DNA from: Candidatus Omnitrophota bacterium
GTDB lineage: Bacteria > Omnitrophota > Gorgyraeia > Gygaellales > Profunditerraquicolaceae
Assembly (NCBI GenBank): GCA_041650835.1
Contig: JBAZKL010000004.1
Coordinates: 102,900-166,899, forward strand
Length of the DNA: 64,000 bases
Direction of reading: 5' to 3'
Shown here piece by piece: positions 9,495 to 18,839 of the stretch. The first letter of the stretch is position 1; every line of letters begins with the position of its first letter. Position numbers and translations under genes: made by a program. The notes under the pieces are model-generated. The model saw nothing but the letters and a program-made list of their open reading frames with translations. It was not told where the DNA came from and searched no databases.

Positions 9495-9760
9495 ACAATT
9501 CCGGGGACACTTAATTATCTGAATGTTTTTTAGGTCCAGACTTCCCCTTTCACAGTCCCCTCCCAGTTAATTCCTCCAGTCCCCCTATAAACTCTTTAAT
9601 ATAGAGGATGGTCATAATTCCCCACATTTCCTTCAAAAAAGACGGATTTCTACTACCTATAATCTTATCACTCTCAACTGTTTGAGCAAGTAATAATTGC
9701 CTAGGATCAGGCGCGGATGAATAGGCCCTTTTAGGAAAGAAAAACATAGAAAAAACGAGA
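9495..9760. repeat. ~250 bp repeat element, copy B, direct repeat of 6140-6410
   Basis: cacttaattatctgAatgttttttaggtccagacttcccctttcacagtcccctcccag...ttgagcaagtaataattgcctaggatcaggcgcgg. Confidence 0.75.
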
Positions 9761-9877
9761 CGGCCACTGGGGCCTTATTTTTAAACATTTTTTTGCTTGA
9801 TTTAAGGCTTATTTTAATATAAAATACTTTCTTGCAATTCTAAGAAGAGCTTTCCATAAATTATAAATATAGATCAT

Positions 9878-9950
9878 TCCCCTGTAGCTCAGTTGGTAGA
9901 GCAAGTGGCTGTTAACCACTGGGTCCGAGGTTCGAGCCCTCGCGGGGGAG
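9878..9950 (+). tRNA. tRNA-Asn (anticodon GTT)
   Basis: Cloverleaf by hand: acceptor TCCCCTG/CGGGGGA, D arm GCTC-AGTTGGTA-GAGC, anticodon arm AGTGG-CTGTTAA-CCACT, T arm CGAGG-TTCGAGC-CCTCG, 73 nt. Confidence 0.85.
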
Positions 9951-10123
9951 TAAAATTTGCCCGTGTTTTACGGACGGCAAATTTATCCCGAGCGTGCGAA
10001 GAAAATTTCGCATAATTTGCATACCGTTAAAATAATCCAGGTGGCAAATTAAAGGAATTTTCGAGCGTTTACGCGAGGGACAAATTACCCATAATATCCG
10101 AACTTTTTGGATATTGGGGACAA

Positions 10124-10160
10124 AAAAGCCCTCAATGCTGAAAAGTGTTGAGGGCTTTTT
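10124..10160 (+). terminator. Rho-independent terminator-like hairpin (agccctcaa..ttgagggct + T5) downstream of tRNA-Asn
   Basis: GC-rich inverted repeat followed by a T-run. Confidence 0.5.
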
Positions 10161-10172
10161 AATTAAATAAAT

Positions 10173-11879
10173 ATGAAATTACAATCAATACACATTAAGC
10201 GTTTTAAAAACATTGCAGATGCTTCTTTTGATGTCTCTGCAGTAAACGTGTTAATTGGCGCAAATAACTCAGGTAAAAGCACCATTCTTCAGGCACTTCA
10301 TTTTTCCATAGGACTGTTGCAGACTTTAAATCTCGAAGGCAAATTAATAGGGAAAGATTTGTCGGTGAGCTTAAGTCCGACTCAATTAATTTATAGTCCT
10401 TGCGACAATGTATATTCTTTGGGTCCTAATGGAAATTTAAAAGAACCGAAAGAAAGCGCAATTAATATTGATTTTGTTTTAGACAATGGTAAATGTCTAA
10501 AAATTAGTATAAGCAAAGGTAGGAATCGAAATATTGTTATCGGAATTAATGACGCAACAATCGCTAAGACCCTTTCAAAAATCGAAAAACCTTTTACTAT
10601 CTTTACCCCTGGATTAGCTGGAGTGGCAAAACAGGAAAACTATGTCTCTGACGGTGTCTTACTTAGAACGATTGCTCGAGGTGATGCCAATATCGTCTTA
10701 CGCAATACATTATATCGCTTATGGAAAACAAAAGATACTCATTCGGATGGCAGATGGAATGACTTTGAAAACGACCTGCATGAACTTTTTCCTAATACAG
10801 CTTTCACCGTTGATTTTAATCCTTCTGTCGATGAATTTATTCGAATTGCAATTGATTCTGGAAACGGCTTTGTTCCTCTAGAAATAGCGGGGACGGGATT
10901 GTTGCAAGCAATTCAAATTTTATCGTATATTCATTATTTTAATCCCTCTGTACTTGTTCTAGATGAGCCGGACTCCCATTTACATCCAAATAATCAACGA
11001 CTATTGTGTAAATTATTAACATTGGTTGCGCAGGATCGGCACATTCAGATATTGCTTAGTACTCACTCTAGGCATGTTGTCGATGCGTTAAAGAATTTAG
11101 CAGAGTTGTTTTGGATTAGAAAAGGGATCGTTGATAAGGCGGATGACGGTGATGATCTTCCAATTTTATTGGATATAGGCGCACTTGATGTTAAAGAACT
11201 TATTACTCAGAACAAAACTAAGTGTATTGTATTAACTGAGGATGAATTAAAGCAGAACTTGGAACTACTCCTTCAGTCGTCTGGATTTGAGATGGATAAT
11301 ACTGTTGTTTTACCCTACTACGGCTGTACCTCTCCGCACAATTTAAGAGCCCTGATGCATGTGATAAAAGGAACTAATCCAAAAGCAACGGTAATTATTC
11401 ATAGGGATCGAGATTATTTGACAGAAATTGAGCAAGCTGAATGGGCTGAAAATATTCGAGCACTTAAAGCTGAACCTTTCTTGACACCAGGCACAGATGT
11501 GGAAAGTGTCTTTTTAAATGAAGATCACCTTGCCACCTTGAATCCAAAGACAAAAAAAGAAGAATTTAAAAAACTGATAAGTAAAGCAATGAAAGAGGTC
11601 AGAGAGGAAAATATTAAGTTGTATATAAATTCGAGAATTGAAATTGCAAAAAAGACAGGCACATTTGGGAAATTAGACATTGGGGCTTTGGGCGTTGAGG
11701 CTCCGCATCTGTACCAAAAGAACCCATATGGGTTGAGGCATGGAAAAACTGTACTACGTAAATTACGAAGTATCTTCCAGGCTGAGAATAAAACAAACCT
11801 TATTATTTCTAAGGCAACGACCTTTATTAAGTTGTTTGAGTTGCAGGAGATTGCAAAAAAGATTTTTAAATTAAAATAA
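10173..11879 (+). CDS. OLD-family nuclease (N-terminal ABC/AAA-type ATPase plus C-terminal TOPRIM), standalone (class 1-like)
   Basis: Walker A GANNSGKST. Walker B/D-loop VLVLDEPDSHLHP. C-terminal TOPRIM-like IVLTEDE ... IIHRDRD. No adjacent helicase gene. Confidence 0.65.
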   Translation: MKLQSIHIKRFKNIADASFDVSAVNVLIGANNSGKSTILQALHFSIGLLQTLNLEGKLIGKDLSVSLSPTQLIYSPCDNVYSLGPNGNLKEPKESAINIDFVLDNGKCLKISISKGRNRNIVIGINDATIAKTLSKIEKPFTIFTPGLAGVAKQENYVSDGVLLRTIARGDANIVLRNTLYRLWKTKDTHSDGRWNDFENDLHELFPNTAFTVDFNPSVDEFIRIAIDSGNGFVPLEIAGTGLLQAIQILSYIHYFNPSVLVLDEPDSHLHPNNQRLLCKLLTLVAQDRHIQILLSTHSRHVVDALKNLAELFWIRKGIVDKADDGDDLPILLDIGALDVKELITQNKTKCIVLTEDELKQNLELLLQSSGFEMDNTVVLPYYGCTSPHNLRALMHVIKGTNPKATVIIHRDRDYLTEIEQAEWAENIRALKAEPFLTPGTDVESVFLNEDHLATLNPKTKKEEFKKLISKAMKEVREENIKLYINSRIEIAKKTGTFGKLDIGALGVEAPHLYQKNPYGLRHGKTVLRKLRSIFQAENKTNLIISKATTFIKLFELQEIAKKIFKLK

Positions 11880-11942
11880 TACGTCAACCTCCTTGCTTTT
11901 TACGATTAATCCCTACGTAAACTGTCACCTAAAAGTTCGGAT

Positions 11943-11980
11943 ATTGGGTGAGTTAAAATAAAAAGAACCCGCTATTTTCA
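11943..11980 (+). terminator. Rho-independent terminator (gaacccgc..gcgggttc + T5) after the OLD gene
   Basis: Inverted repeat plus T-run immediately 3' of the stop. A second hairpin lies at 12015-12055. Confidence 0.55.
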
Positions 11981-12156
11981 TGGCGGGTTCTTTTTATGAC
12001 GCAGCTCTCACTTCTTAAGCCGTTGTAAGTTAAAAACTTGCAACGGCTTTTGCTTTGGATTATAATACAACTTAAATAAACGGGCGCTGTCCCTTATTAT
12101 TCGCAAAAAGGATACCGCTCATATAAACATTCATTAACAAAACAGTTGAGCTTCAT

Positions 12157-13185
12157 ATGAATACCGCTCCATTTGAATTGGGTCCTATTCGTCCCGTGGA
12201 CGAGGCCAAAAGCCTATTGATCCGCACCACACGCGGATGTCCCTGGAATCGATGCGAATTTTGCGTCAATTACAAGGATATGAAATTTTCCATGCGCTCA
12301 CTTGAGGAGGTCAAAGGCGACATCGTCGCCGCGGCAGAGTATTACGGAAACCTGACCTTCGAAACATGCTTCCTGCAGGATGGCGACAGCTTCCTGATGA
12401 AAACCGCCGAACTCATCTCCCTTCTCACCTTCTTGAAGCAGACATTTCCCAAACTCAAACGCATCAGCAGTTACGGCCGCGCTCAAACCATGATCCGCAA
12501 ATCAGTCCAGGAAATGCGGGCCATCTGCGAAGCCGGACTGAACAAGCTTTATTGCGGCATGGAATCAGGCTCGGACAAAGTATTGAAAAAGGTAAATAAG
12601 GGCGCAACCTCCGCCGATATTTCCACATCCAGCCGCAGGGCCAAAGAGGCAGGAATGTCTATTTCAGAATTCATCATCCTCGGCCTGGGCGGACAGGAAT
12701 TGTGGGAGGAACACGCCCGTGAAACGGCCAGGGTTTTGAGTGAGATCAACCCTCACTTTATCCGGGTCCTCACTATCGGAGTCAAACCCGGCTCCGGGCT
12801 TTCCCGGCAAATGGCCGCCGGGCAATATACCCTTCAGACCGAAAAGAATATCATCGAAGAACAACGCTTGCTGATTGAGAATCTCAACGGCATTACCAGC
12901 CACTACGCCAATCATCATGACGTTGACCTTCTGATGGAAGTCGTAGGCCAGTTTCCCCAGGACAAGCCTCGTCTCTTGGCCATCATAGACCGCTATCTCT
13001 GTCTTCCGGAAGAAGACGGTATCAATTTCACCTTGGGAAAACGGCTGGGTATCTACCAGCGGCTCGACGACATGAACTCCGCTCATTTGCGCAAACAGGT
13101 AGCCGCCCAACTGCTTAAAATCCGCGACTCCTATCCCGACCAGATGGATGAAGTCTTCCACCATCTTCGCGCCCAGATCGTCTAA
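12157..13185 (+). CDS. Radical SAM domain protein with non-canonical CX4CX2C cluster spacing
   Basis: TRGCPWNRCEFCVNY, plus downstream glycine-rich SAM-binding-like segments. Confidence 0.5.
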   Translation: MNTAPFELGPIRPVDEAKSLLIRTTRGCPWNRCEFCVNYKDMKFSMRSLEEVKGDIVAAAEYYGNLTFETCFLQDGDSFLMKTAELISLLTFLKQTFPKLKRISSYGRAQTMIRKSVQEMRAICEAGLNKLYCGMESGSDKVLKKVNKGATSADISTSSRRAKEAGMSISEFIILGLGGQELWEEHARETARVLSEINPHFIRVLTIGVKPGSGLSRQMAAGQYTLQTEKNIIEEQRLLIENLNGITSHYANHHDVDLLMEVVGQFPQDKPRLLAIIDRYLCLPEEDGINFTLGKRLGIYQRLDDMNSAHLRKQVAAQLLKIRDSYPDQMDEVFHHLRAQIV

Positions 13186-13368
13186 CACTCAGCCTATTTT
13201 AGGAAACACAGTCACCGTGCTCATCGGTTTTCCCGATCCCCTAGTCTCAAATTCCCAGTTCACCGGATATCCGAATATCAAAAGATTGCTTCACCCGCCA
13301 CTAAAGCGTTGGCGGGTTCGCAATGACACGGTTATTTACACCCCGCGCTAATAGCACCCAGCCTAATC

Positions 13369-13405
13369 GGGATAAATAAAAAAGCCCGCTATTTAAACAA
13401 ATAGC
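13369..13405. terminator. Bidirectional terminator hairpin (aaaaagcccgctatttaaacaaatagcgggctttttt) between convergent genes
   Basis: Perfect inverted repeat flanked by an A-run and a T-run. Confidence 0.6.
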
Positions 13406-13428
13406 GGGCTTTTTTATTTTATACTACC

Positions 13429-15117
13429 TTACACTTTAAACTTACTCACCAAATCCCTTAGTTCCATTGCCAGGCGGGCAAGCTCCTGCGCGGAGGCGGA
13501 CAACTGCTCCATTGAAGCAGTCTGCTCTTCAGTGCTCGAAGTTATTTCTTCTACCGCGGAAGCGGATTCCTGCGCGATATTGGAAATATTATTTATATCC
13601 TTAAGCACCCGCTCTATTTCATTCACGCGCTCCTGGCCGCCGGAAGCTATATCTTTCGCCAAATCGGATGATTCCCCCGCCATTTTGTTGACTTCAACTA
13701 AAATACTGTTGATAGCGGAGATCTTCGCCTTGCCTTCTTTGACCTCATCGGAACTCTTCTGGATCGCTTTGACCGCGCTCTCGGTTTCCAGCTGGATAGC
13801 CTTGATCAACGTGCCGATCTTGCGCACTGCCTCCGCGGAACCTTCAGCGAGCTTACGCACCTCTTCAGCGACAACGGCAAAACCTCTTCCTGCCTCCCCT
13901 GCCCTGGCAGCTTCGATAGCCGCGTTTAAAGCGAGCAGGTTCGTCTGGTCGGCTATTGAAGTGATGGTCTCGGTAATCTCCCCGATCTTTTGCGAAGATG
14001 TGCCCAGCCCCTGGACGACTTTAGTGGTCTCCAGGACTGTTTCGCTTAACTGTTCGATCTTCTTCGTCGCCTCCTGGACCACTACCATCCCGTTTTCAAG
14101 GCGGGCCGAAGTATTATCAATAGTTTGATTGGCTGTTTGGGCGCTGACGACCATTTGCTTGAGGCTCACCGCTGACCGTTCCATGATCTTAGAAGTTTCT
14201 AAGACGTTGGCGGCCTGGGTAGTTACACCCTTATTCACCTGCATGATCGCGTTGGAGATCTCCTGAGAGGAAGCGTTCATCTCCTCTGAAGAAGAAGACA
14301 TCTCCTGTGAAGCAGCTGCCACTTTATCCGCGCTGGCATGTACCCTGGTAACCATCTCCGCGAGGCTGTGATTCATTACCGAAAAAGTCCCCACCAATTC
14401 CTGGATCTCATCTTTTGAAGTGACCGATATTTCTTCCTCTTTCAAGTCGCCGGAAGCCATTTTCTTTATTACGCGTTCCAGGACAGAAAGCGGATTGGTT
14501 ATCCCGCGCGCGACTAAAAAGGCTATCACGATTCCCAGGACGATCCCGATCAGCAGGATCACCACGATGGTTGTTTTTGTAGCGCCCATCTGCACAAAAA
14601 GCAGACTTTTATCGGCTCCCGCTTTATCCGAGAAAACCTTGCGCATCTGATAAAGCAAGCCCTGGACCCGGGCTACCTGCTTGGGGATCTCAGAAGCATA
14701 AACATTCTTAGCCGCCGCCTCTTCTCCCTTGGCATAGAGCTCTTTAATACGCTTGCCGGTCTCATGCAGCTTCTGATGGGGCTCTTCCAGCTCCTGATAT
14801 AACTTTTTTAATTCCGGGTCTTTGATCTTGCCGGCGTCAAAAGCATAATACCATTTGCCTAACCCGCATTTATGATAATCCAGCTCTCCGTCAAAAAGCT
14901 TACCGAGGAGGAACTGATCCGCTAAACTTGCCACCCATTTAAGGTGATCGACCTCTTTCTCGACAAAGAAGGTGTTTAATTCCGTGCTTTTTTCAACATC
15001 GCTGGTAACATTTCCCGCCTTGGCAAACATCGCGTAGGTTACCAGGCCCATAAAAAGCATCAGGCTTAAAACGACACAAAAACCTCCCACCAACTTTTTC
15101 CTGACCGTGATTTTCAT
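13429..15117 (-). CDS. Methyl-accepting chemotaxis protein
   Basis: Two TM segments plus HAMP. The conserved MCP signalling domain motif [37 protein letters not shown] is present. Confidence 0.9.
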   Translation of the reverse strand: MKITVRKKLVGGFCVVLSLMLFMGLVTYAMFAKAGNVTSDVEKSTELNTFFVEKEVDHLKWVASLADQFLLGKLFDGELDYHKCGLGKWYYAFDAGKIKDPELKKLYQELEEPHQKLHETGKRIKELYAKGEEAAAKNVYASEIPKQVARVQGLLYQMRKVFSDKAGADKSLLFVQMGATKTTIVVILLIGIVLGIVIAFLVARGITNPLSVLERVIKKMASGDLKEEEISVTSKDEIQELVGTFSVMNHSLAEMVTRVHASADKVAAASQEMSSSSEEMNASSQEISNAIMQVNKGVTTQAANVLETSKIMERSAVSLKQMVVSAQTANQTIDNTSARLENGMVVVQEATKKIEQLSETVLETTKVVQGLGTSSQKIGEITETITSIADQTNLLALNAAIEAARAGEAGRGFAVVAEEVRKLAEGSAEAVRKIGTLIKAIQLETESAVKAIQKSSDEVKEGKAKISAINSILVEVNKMAGESSDLAKDIASGGQERVNEIERVLKDINNISNIAQESASAVEEITSSTEEQTASMEQLSASAQELARLAMELRDLVSKFKV

Positions 15118-15338
15118 TTACGATCTCCTTACCTGAACTAATAGGTTTTTAAAATGAAATCAACACTTAAATTATTATATCACAAGTTTTTAAAAAAATT
15201 CCATAAATTATTTTTACCGCAGCACCCCAGCTTAAAAGGAATACTGGGTGCGCCCTTTCTGGGCAGCAGGCGGCGTACCCAGCTACTCCAATAAGGCCGG
15301 GTGCAATCCGCGCCGGGTGTGTTCGCCGGGATCATTTA

Positions 15339-16442
15339 TTATTCCCCGCTTATGCCGGTAGAGTGACCCCGCATCAGGAAATCATAGATACTGCGCGCGG
15401 CGATCGCGTGGCCATACGCGTTGGGATGGCAATAGTCCTCCGGGTAATAAAGCCTTTTTTCGCTGCGCTGGAACTCAGGCAGCACGTCAACGACCGAAAT
15501 ATTATTTTCTTTCCCGAAAGCAAGCATCCTTCGCTGCGGATCAATAGTGAATTTAGACTTATCGATCCGGAAAAAATTGTCGCGCGGCTTATCGCTGAGC
15601 TGAAACTCGTAGGGAAATACCACTACCGTAAACCCGATATTCCTTTCCTTGAGGAAGCGGTCCATTTCTATCAAAGACGCCTCAAGCTTCTTCCACCCCT
15701 CTTCAGATGTTTTATCAATGCCGAAGCTCAACATGCACTCTTTTTCCCGATACATATCAAAAGAATATTTCTTTAACCCGGAGCGGTATAAGAGGCCGGT
15801 CAGGGTAACATCGGTAAAGCCGAAAAGATAACTTCTCCCCCGCAGGTACCAGCGAAGCTTGATGAGCGGCACCCGGATATTGGTCACGATATTCGCGGCG
15901 AACGGCTTCTTGTTGTCCCAGGAAAAAGGGTTGCTGTATGACCGGAAATCAGAAACATTCCTCCAGAAATCAGGAGCTTTGATGAGCGTTTGTTCACTGC
16001 CGCTGTACACATACGTGTTCCCTACGTCATTAAGGCACAAGCCTAAGATCACATGGTCAAGTTTAAACTCAAGGCCTTTAGCTTTAATATATTCAAATTC
16101 CAGTTGCGGATACCCTCCCAACCCCCCGGCGTTAATGACCCTGACTTGAGGCTTGCCGCCTTCATTAAGAAGTTTTTCAAGGACTTTAGGGTATATTTCT
16201 TCCAGGCGGTTCTGCGTTCCAAAGGTCACGGAATCCCCGATGCATAATATCCGGTACTCATCACCCTTCTCCATACTGAACTCGTAATCCCGCAGCCCGT
16301 AAGAGTTCAAGGTGAAGGGGACCCCTCCGGTAATACCCACGCGGTGATCAAGGCCCCTGTATTCCGGGGCGAAGATACGCACCGCGATCTCAGCTAAAAG
16401 CAATATCACGACGTATATAAGAACGACCTTCAACACTTTCAT
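15339..16442 (-). CDS. Membrane-anchored SGNH/GDSL-family hydrolase
   Basis: N-terminal TM helix. The CIGDSVTFG block I (GDS) motif is present. Confidence 0.55.
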   Translation of the reverse strand: MKVLKVVLIYVVILLLAEIAVRIFAPEYRGLDHRVGITGGVPFTLNSYGLRDYEFSMEKGDEYRILCIGDSVTFGTQNRLEEIYPKVLEKLLNEGGKPQVRVINAGGLGGYPQLEFEYIKAKGLEFKLDHVILGLCLNDVGNTYVYSGSEQTLIKAPDFWRNVSDFRSYSNPFSWDNKKPFAANIVTNIRVPLIKLRWYLRGRSYLFGFTDVTLTGLLYRSGLKKYSFDMYREKECMLSFGIDKTSEEGWKKLEASLIEMDRFLKERNIGFTVVVFPYEFQLSDKPRDNFFRIDKSKFTIDPQRRMLAFGKENNISVVDVLPEFQRSEKRLYYPEDYCHPNAYGHAIAARSIYDFLMRGHSTGISGE

Positions 16443-16470
16443 CCTAAAAACCCTTTCTGTTATACTCGCG

Positions 16471-16629
16471 CTAAAATAACGTATAAATAAATGGCGCGAC
16501 CGTGCTGCTCTGCGTGAAGAAGATAAGCGAACCCAGCAGCAAAAGCATGATGATTATGGGCGCCAGCCACCATTTCTTTCTTACCTTTAAAAAATCCCAG
16601 AATTCCTTTAATAAGCTTAGTTTACCCAT
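16471..16629 (-). CDS. Small membrane protein (DUF5989/SxtK-like, 52 aa) typical of carbamoyltransferase modules
   Basis: Not in the ORF track because it is under 60 aa. Hand translation gives MGKLSLLKEFWDFLKVRKKWWLAPIIIMLLLLGSLIFFTQSSTVAPFIYTLF. It sits between the SGNH hydrolase and the SxtJ-like gene. Confidence 0.5.
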   Translation of the reverse strand: MGKLSLLKEFWDFLKVRKKWWLAPIIIMLLLLGSLIFFTQSSTVAPFIYTLF

Positions 16630-16633
16630 TGGC

Positions 16634-17029
16634 TTAAAATCTCCTCTCATAATCTAAAGGATTGAAAACGAGCGTTTCCTTCTGCTTCCAGTAAGACCCC
16701 TTACTTTTACTTCTCTCCAACAAATCGATCCTCAATAACCTCATCACTAAACCTATCGGCGTAAAGATCAAATAAAACAGGACGATCAGGATAATTCTTG
16801 TGTTAACCCACCCTAAAGCGAACGCCAGGCGCATCCATCCTATATATACCGGCTTGAGCAAATGAGGCAAAAACATACCCCCGGTTAAAAACATAAACGA
16901 AATTACCAATAAAGGTAACGCGCCGCTTTTATGCCGGAAGAATAATACCCCCGAGATAACTAAAAATGCCGCAAACATAGTCATCCCGAATTTTTTTAAT
17001 GTCTTTTCGTCTAATTTAAGTTTTCCCAT
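16634..17029 (-). CDS. SxtJ-like small integral membrane protein
   Basis: Three predicted TM helices. Start chosen at MGKLKLDEK (17029), 2 bp after the upstream stop. The longer ORF-track start at 17074 would overlap by 44 bp. Confidence 0.5.
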   Translation of the reverse strand: MGKLKLDEKTLKKFGMTMFAAFLVISGVLFFRHKSGALPLLVISFMFLTGGMFLPHLLKPVYIGWMRLAFALGWVNTRIILIVLFYLIFTPIGLVMRLLRIDLLERSKSKGSYWKQKETLVFNPLDYERRF

Positions 17030-17030
17030 T

Positions 17031-18839
17031 TTAGTCCAACGCGAATTCTTTCTGCCATGAGTTATTCTTTTCAAGCTTCGTTTGAACGCTTTTTTCCAGG
17101 AGGAAGCTCCCCAGCATCAAATAATCCATTTCCGTGCGCATAAAACACGTGAAGGCGTCCTCGGGAGTCAGGACAAGCGGCTCCCCCCTCACATTAAATG
17201 AAGTATTAATGATCACCGGACAACCTGTTTTTTGATAGAACGCCTGGATCATATCATAGTATAACGGGTTATCCTCCCTTTTTACCGTCTGGACCCGCGC
17301 GGAATAATCAACATGGGTGACCGCGGGGATCCTTGAACGCGCTACTTTCAGCTTATCGAAGCCGCTCAGGTCAGCGGTGATCAACGAGCGCTTATCATTT
17401 CTTATCGCCGCGACAAGAAGCATATACGGGCTCTCATGCTCCAATTCAAACCATTCAGAAGCCTTTTCCTTCAAGACTGACGGAGCGAACGGACGGAACG
17501 ATTCCCGGTATTTGATCTTAAGGTTCATCTTAGACTGCATTTGCGCGTTACGCGCGTCGCCGATAATACTCCTTGCCCCTAAAGCGCGCGGCCCGAACTC
17601 TATCCTGCCCTGGAACCATCCGATGACCTTACCGTCGATGATCAAGTCTGAAACTTCTTTTACGATCTCATTATAGCTTAACCTCTTGTAAGGGATATTT
17701 TGCCCTTTGAGGAATTTCTCTATCTGATCATCTTTATACGCAGGGCCTAATAATGAGGCTTTCTGCGTATTGTTCACTCCGGAAACATTTCGCTTATTCC
17801 CCGCGTATCTATGCCAAACGCACAGAGCCGCCCCTAACGCCCCGCCGGCGTCCCCGCTTGCCGGTTGTATCCAAATATCTTTAAACGGGCCTTTACGTAA
17901 GACCTGGCCGTTGCCCACGCAATTCAAGGCGACTCCTCCCGCGAGGCAAAGTTTATCCTGTCCGGTAACCTTATGGACATGCGCGGCCATTTTAAGCATG
18001 ACCTCTTCCGTCACATTTTGTATAGAAGCGGCAATGTCCATATACATTTGATTTATTTTTGTTTCGGGCTTACGCGGGGGAGCATCAAAAAGGCGGTTAA
18101 ACGCCCGGTTTGTCATACGCAAGCTGTTACAATAACCGAAATATTTCATATTGATCTTAAAAGAACCGTCGTCTTTCAGGTCGATCAATTCCTTAAGGAT
18201 CAAATCCCGGTATAAAGGCCTGCCGTAAGGAGCCAGGCCCATAAGCTTATACTCGCCGGAATTAACCCTGAAACCGCAGTAATAGGTAAATGCCGAATAC
18301 AACAAGCCTAAGGAATGAGGGAACCTGAGATACTGCCGGATATCCAGATCATTATCCCTGCCGACGCCAAAGCTCGCCGTCTCCCACTCGCCCACCCCAT
18401 CCAGCGTCAAGAACGCGGCTTCTTTAAAAGGAGAAGGGTAAAACGCGCTGGCGGCATGCGACTCATGATGCCCGGTAAATAAGACCTTGCCGTTAAAATT
18501 TAATTCTTTTTTTATGATCTCGCTGACCCAAAGTTTTTGTTTAAGCAAGGCGGGAACCGCGGCAATGAACTGGGTTATTCCGCGGGGCGCGTAACTAAGC
18601 GCGGTCTCTAAGATACGCTCGAACTTAATAAAAGGCTTCTCGTAAAATACGACAAAGTCTATTCCTTCAATCGTGGTCCCGGCCTGTTCCAGGCAGTAAT
18701 GAATAGCATTGAGGGGAAAGCCGGCATCGTGCTTTTTGCGGGTAAAACGCTCCTCCTGCGCGGCGGCAATAACTTCGCCGTCCCGCACTAAACACGCCGC
18801 GCTATCATGATAGAAAGCCGAGATCCCTAATATATTCAT
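17031..18839 (-). CDS. NodU/CmcH/TobZ-family carbamoyltransferase
   Basis: 602 aa. N-terminal Kae1/ASKHA-like region MNILGISAFYHDSAACLV...HHESHAASAF and a C-terminal YrdC-like carbamoyltransferase domain. Confidence 0.8.
   Translation of the reverse strand: MNILGISAFYHDSAACLVRDGEVIAAAQEERFTRKKHDAGFPLNAIHYCLEQAGTTIEGIDFVVFYEKPFIKFERILETALSYAPRGITQFIAAVPALLKQKLWVSEIIKKELNFNGKVLFTGHHESHAASAFYPSPFKEAAFLTLDGVGEWETASFGVGRDNDLDIRQYLRFPHSLGLLYSAFTYYCGFRVNSGEYKLMGLAPYGRPLYRDLILKELIDLKDDGSFKINMKYFGYCNSLRMTNRAFNRLFDAPPRKPETKINQMYMDIAASIQNVTEEVMLKMAAHVHKVTGQDKLCLAGGVALNCVGNGQVLRKGPFKDIWIQPASGDAGGALGAALCVWHRYAGNKRNVSGVNNTQKASLLGPAYKDDQIEKFLKGQNIPYKRLSYNEIVKEVSDLIIDGKVIGWFQGRIEFGPRALGARSIIGDARNAQMQSKMNLKIKYRESFRPFAPSVLKEKASEWFELEHESPYMLLVAAIRNDKRSLITADLSGFDKLKVARSRIPAVTHVDYSARVQTVKREDNPLYYDMIQAFYQKTGCPVIINTSFNVRGEPLVLTPEDAFTCFMRTEMDYLMLGSFLLEKSVQTKLEKNNSWQKEFALD

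Noticed and set aside
11525-11887. 120-aa minus-strand ORF
   Set aside because: Fully embedded antisense in the 3' end of the OLD-family gene. Hydrophobic low-complexity shadow ORF.
13532-14128. 198-aa Ser/Ala-rich plus-strand ORF
   Set aside because: Lies entirely antisense within the well-supported MCP gene. Typical shadow ORF.
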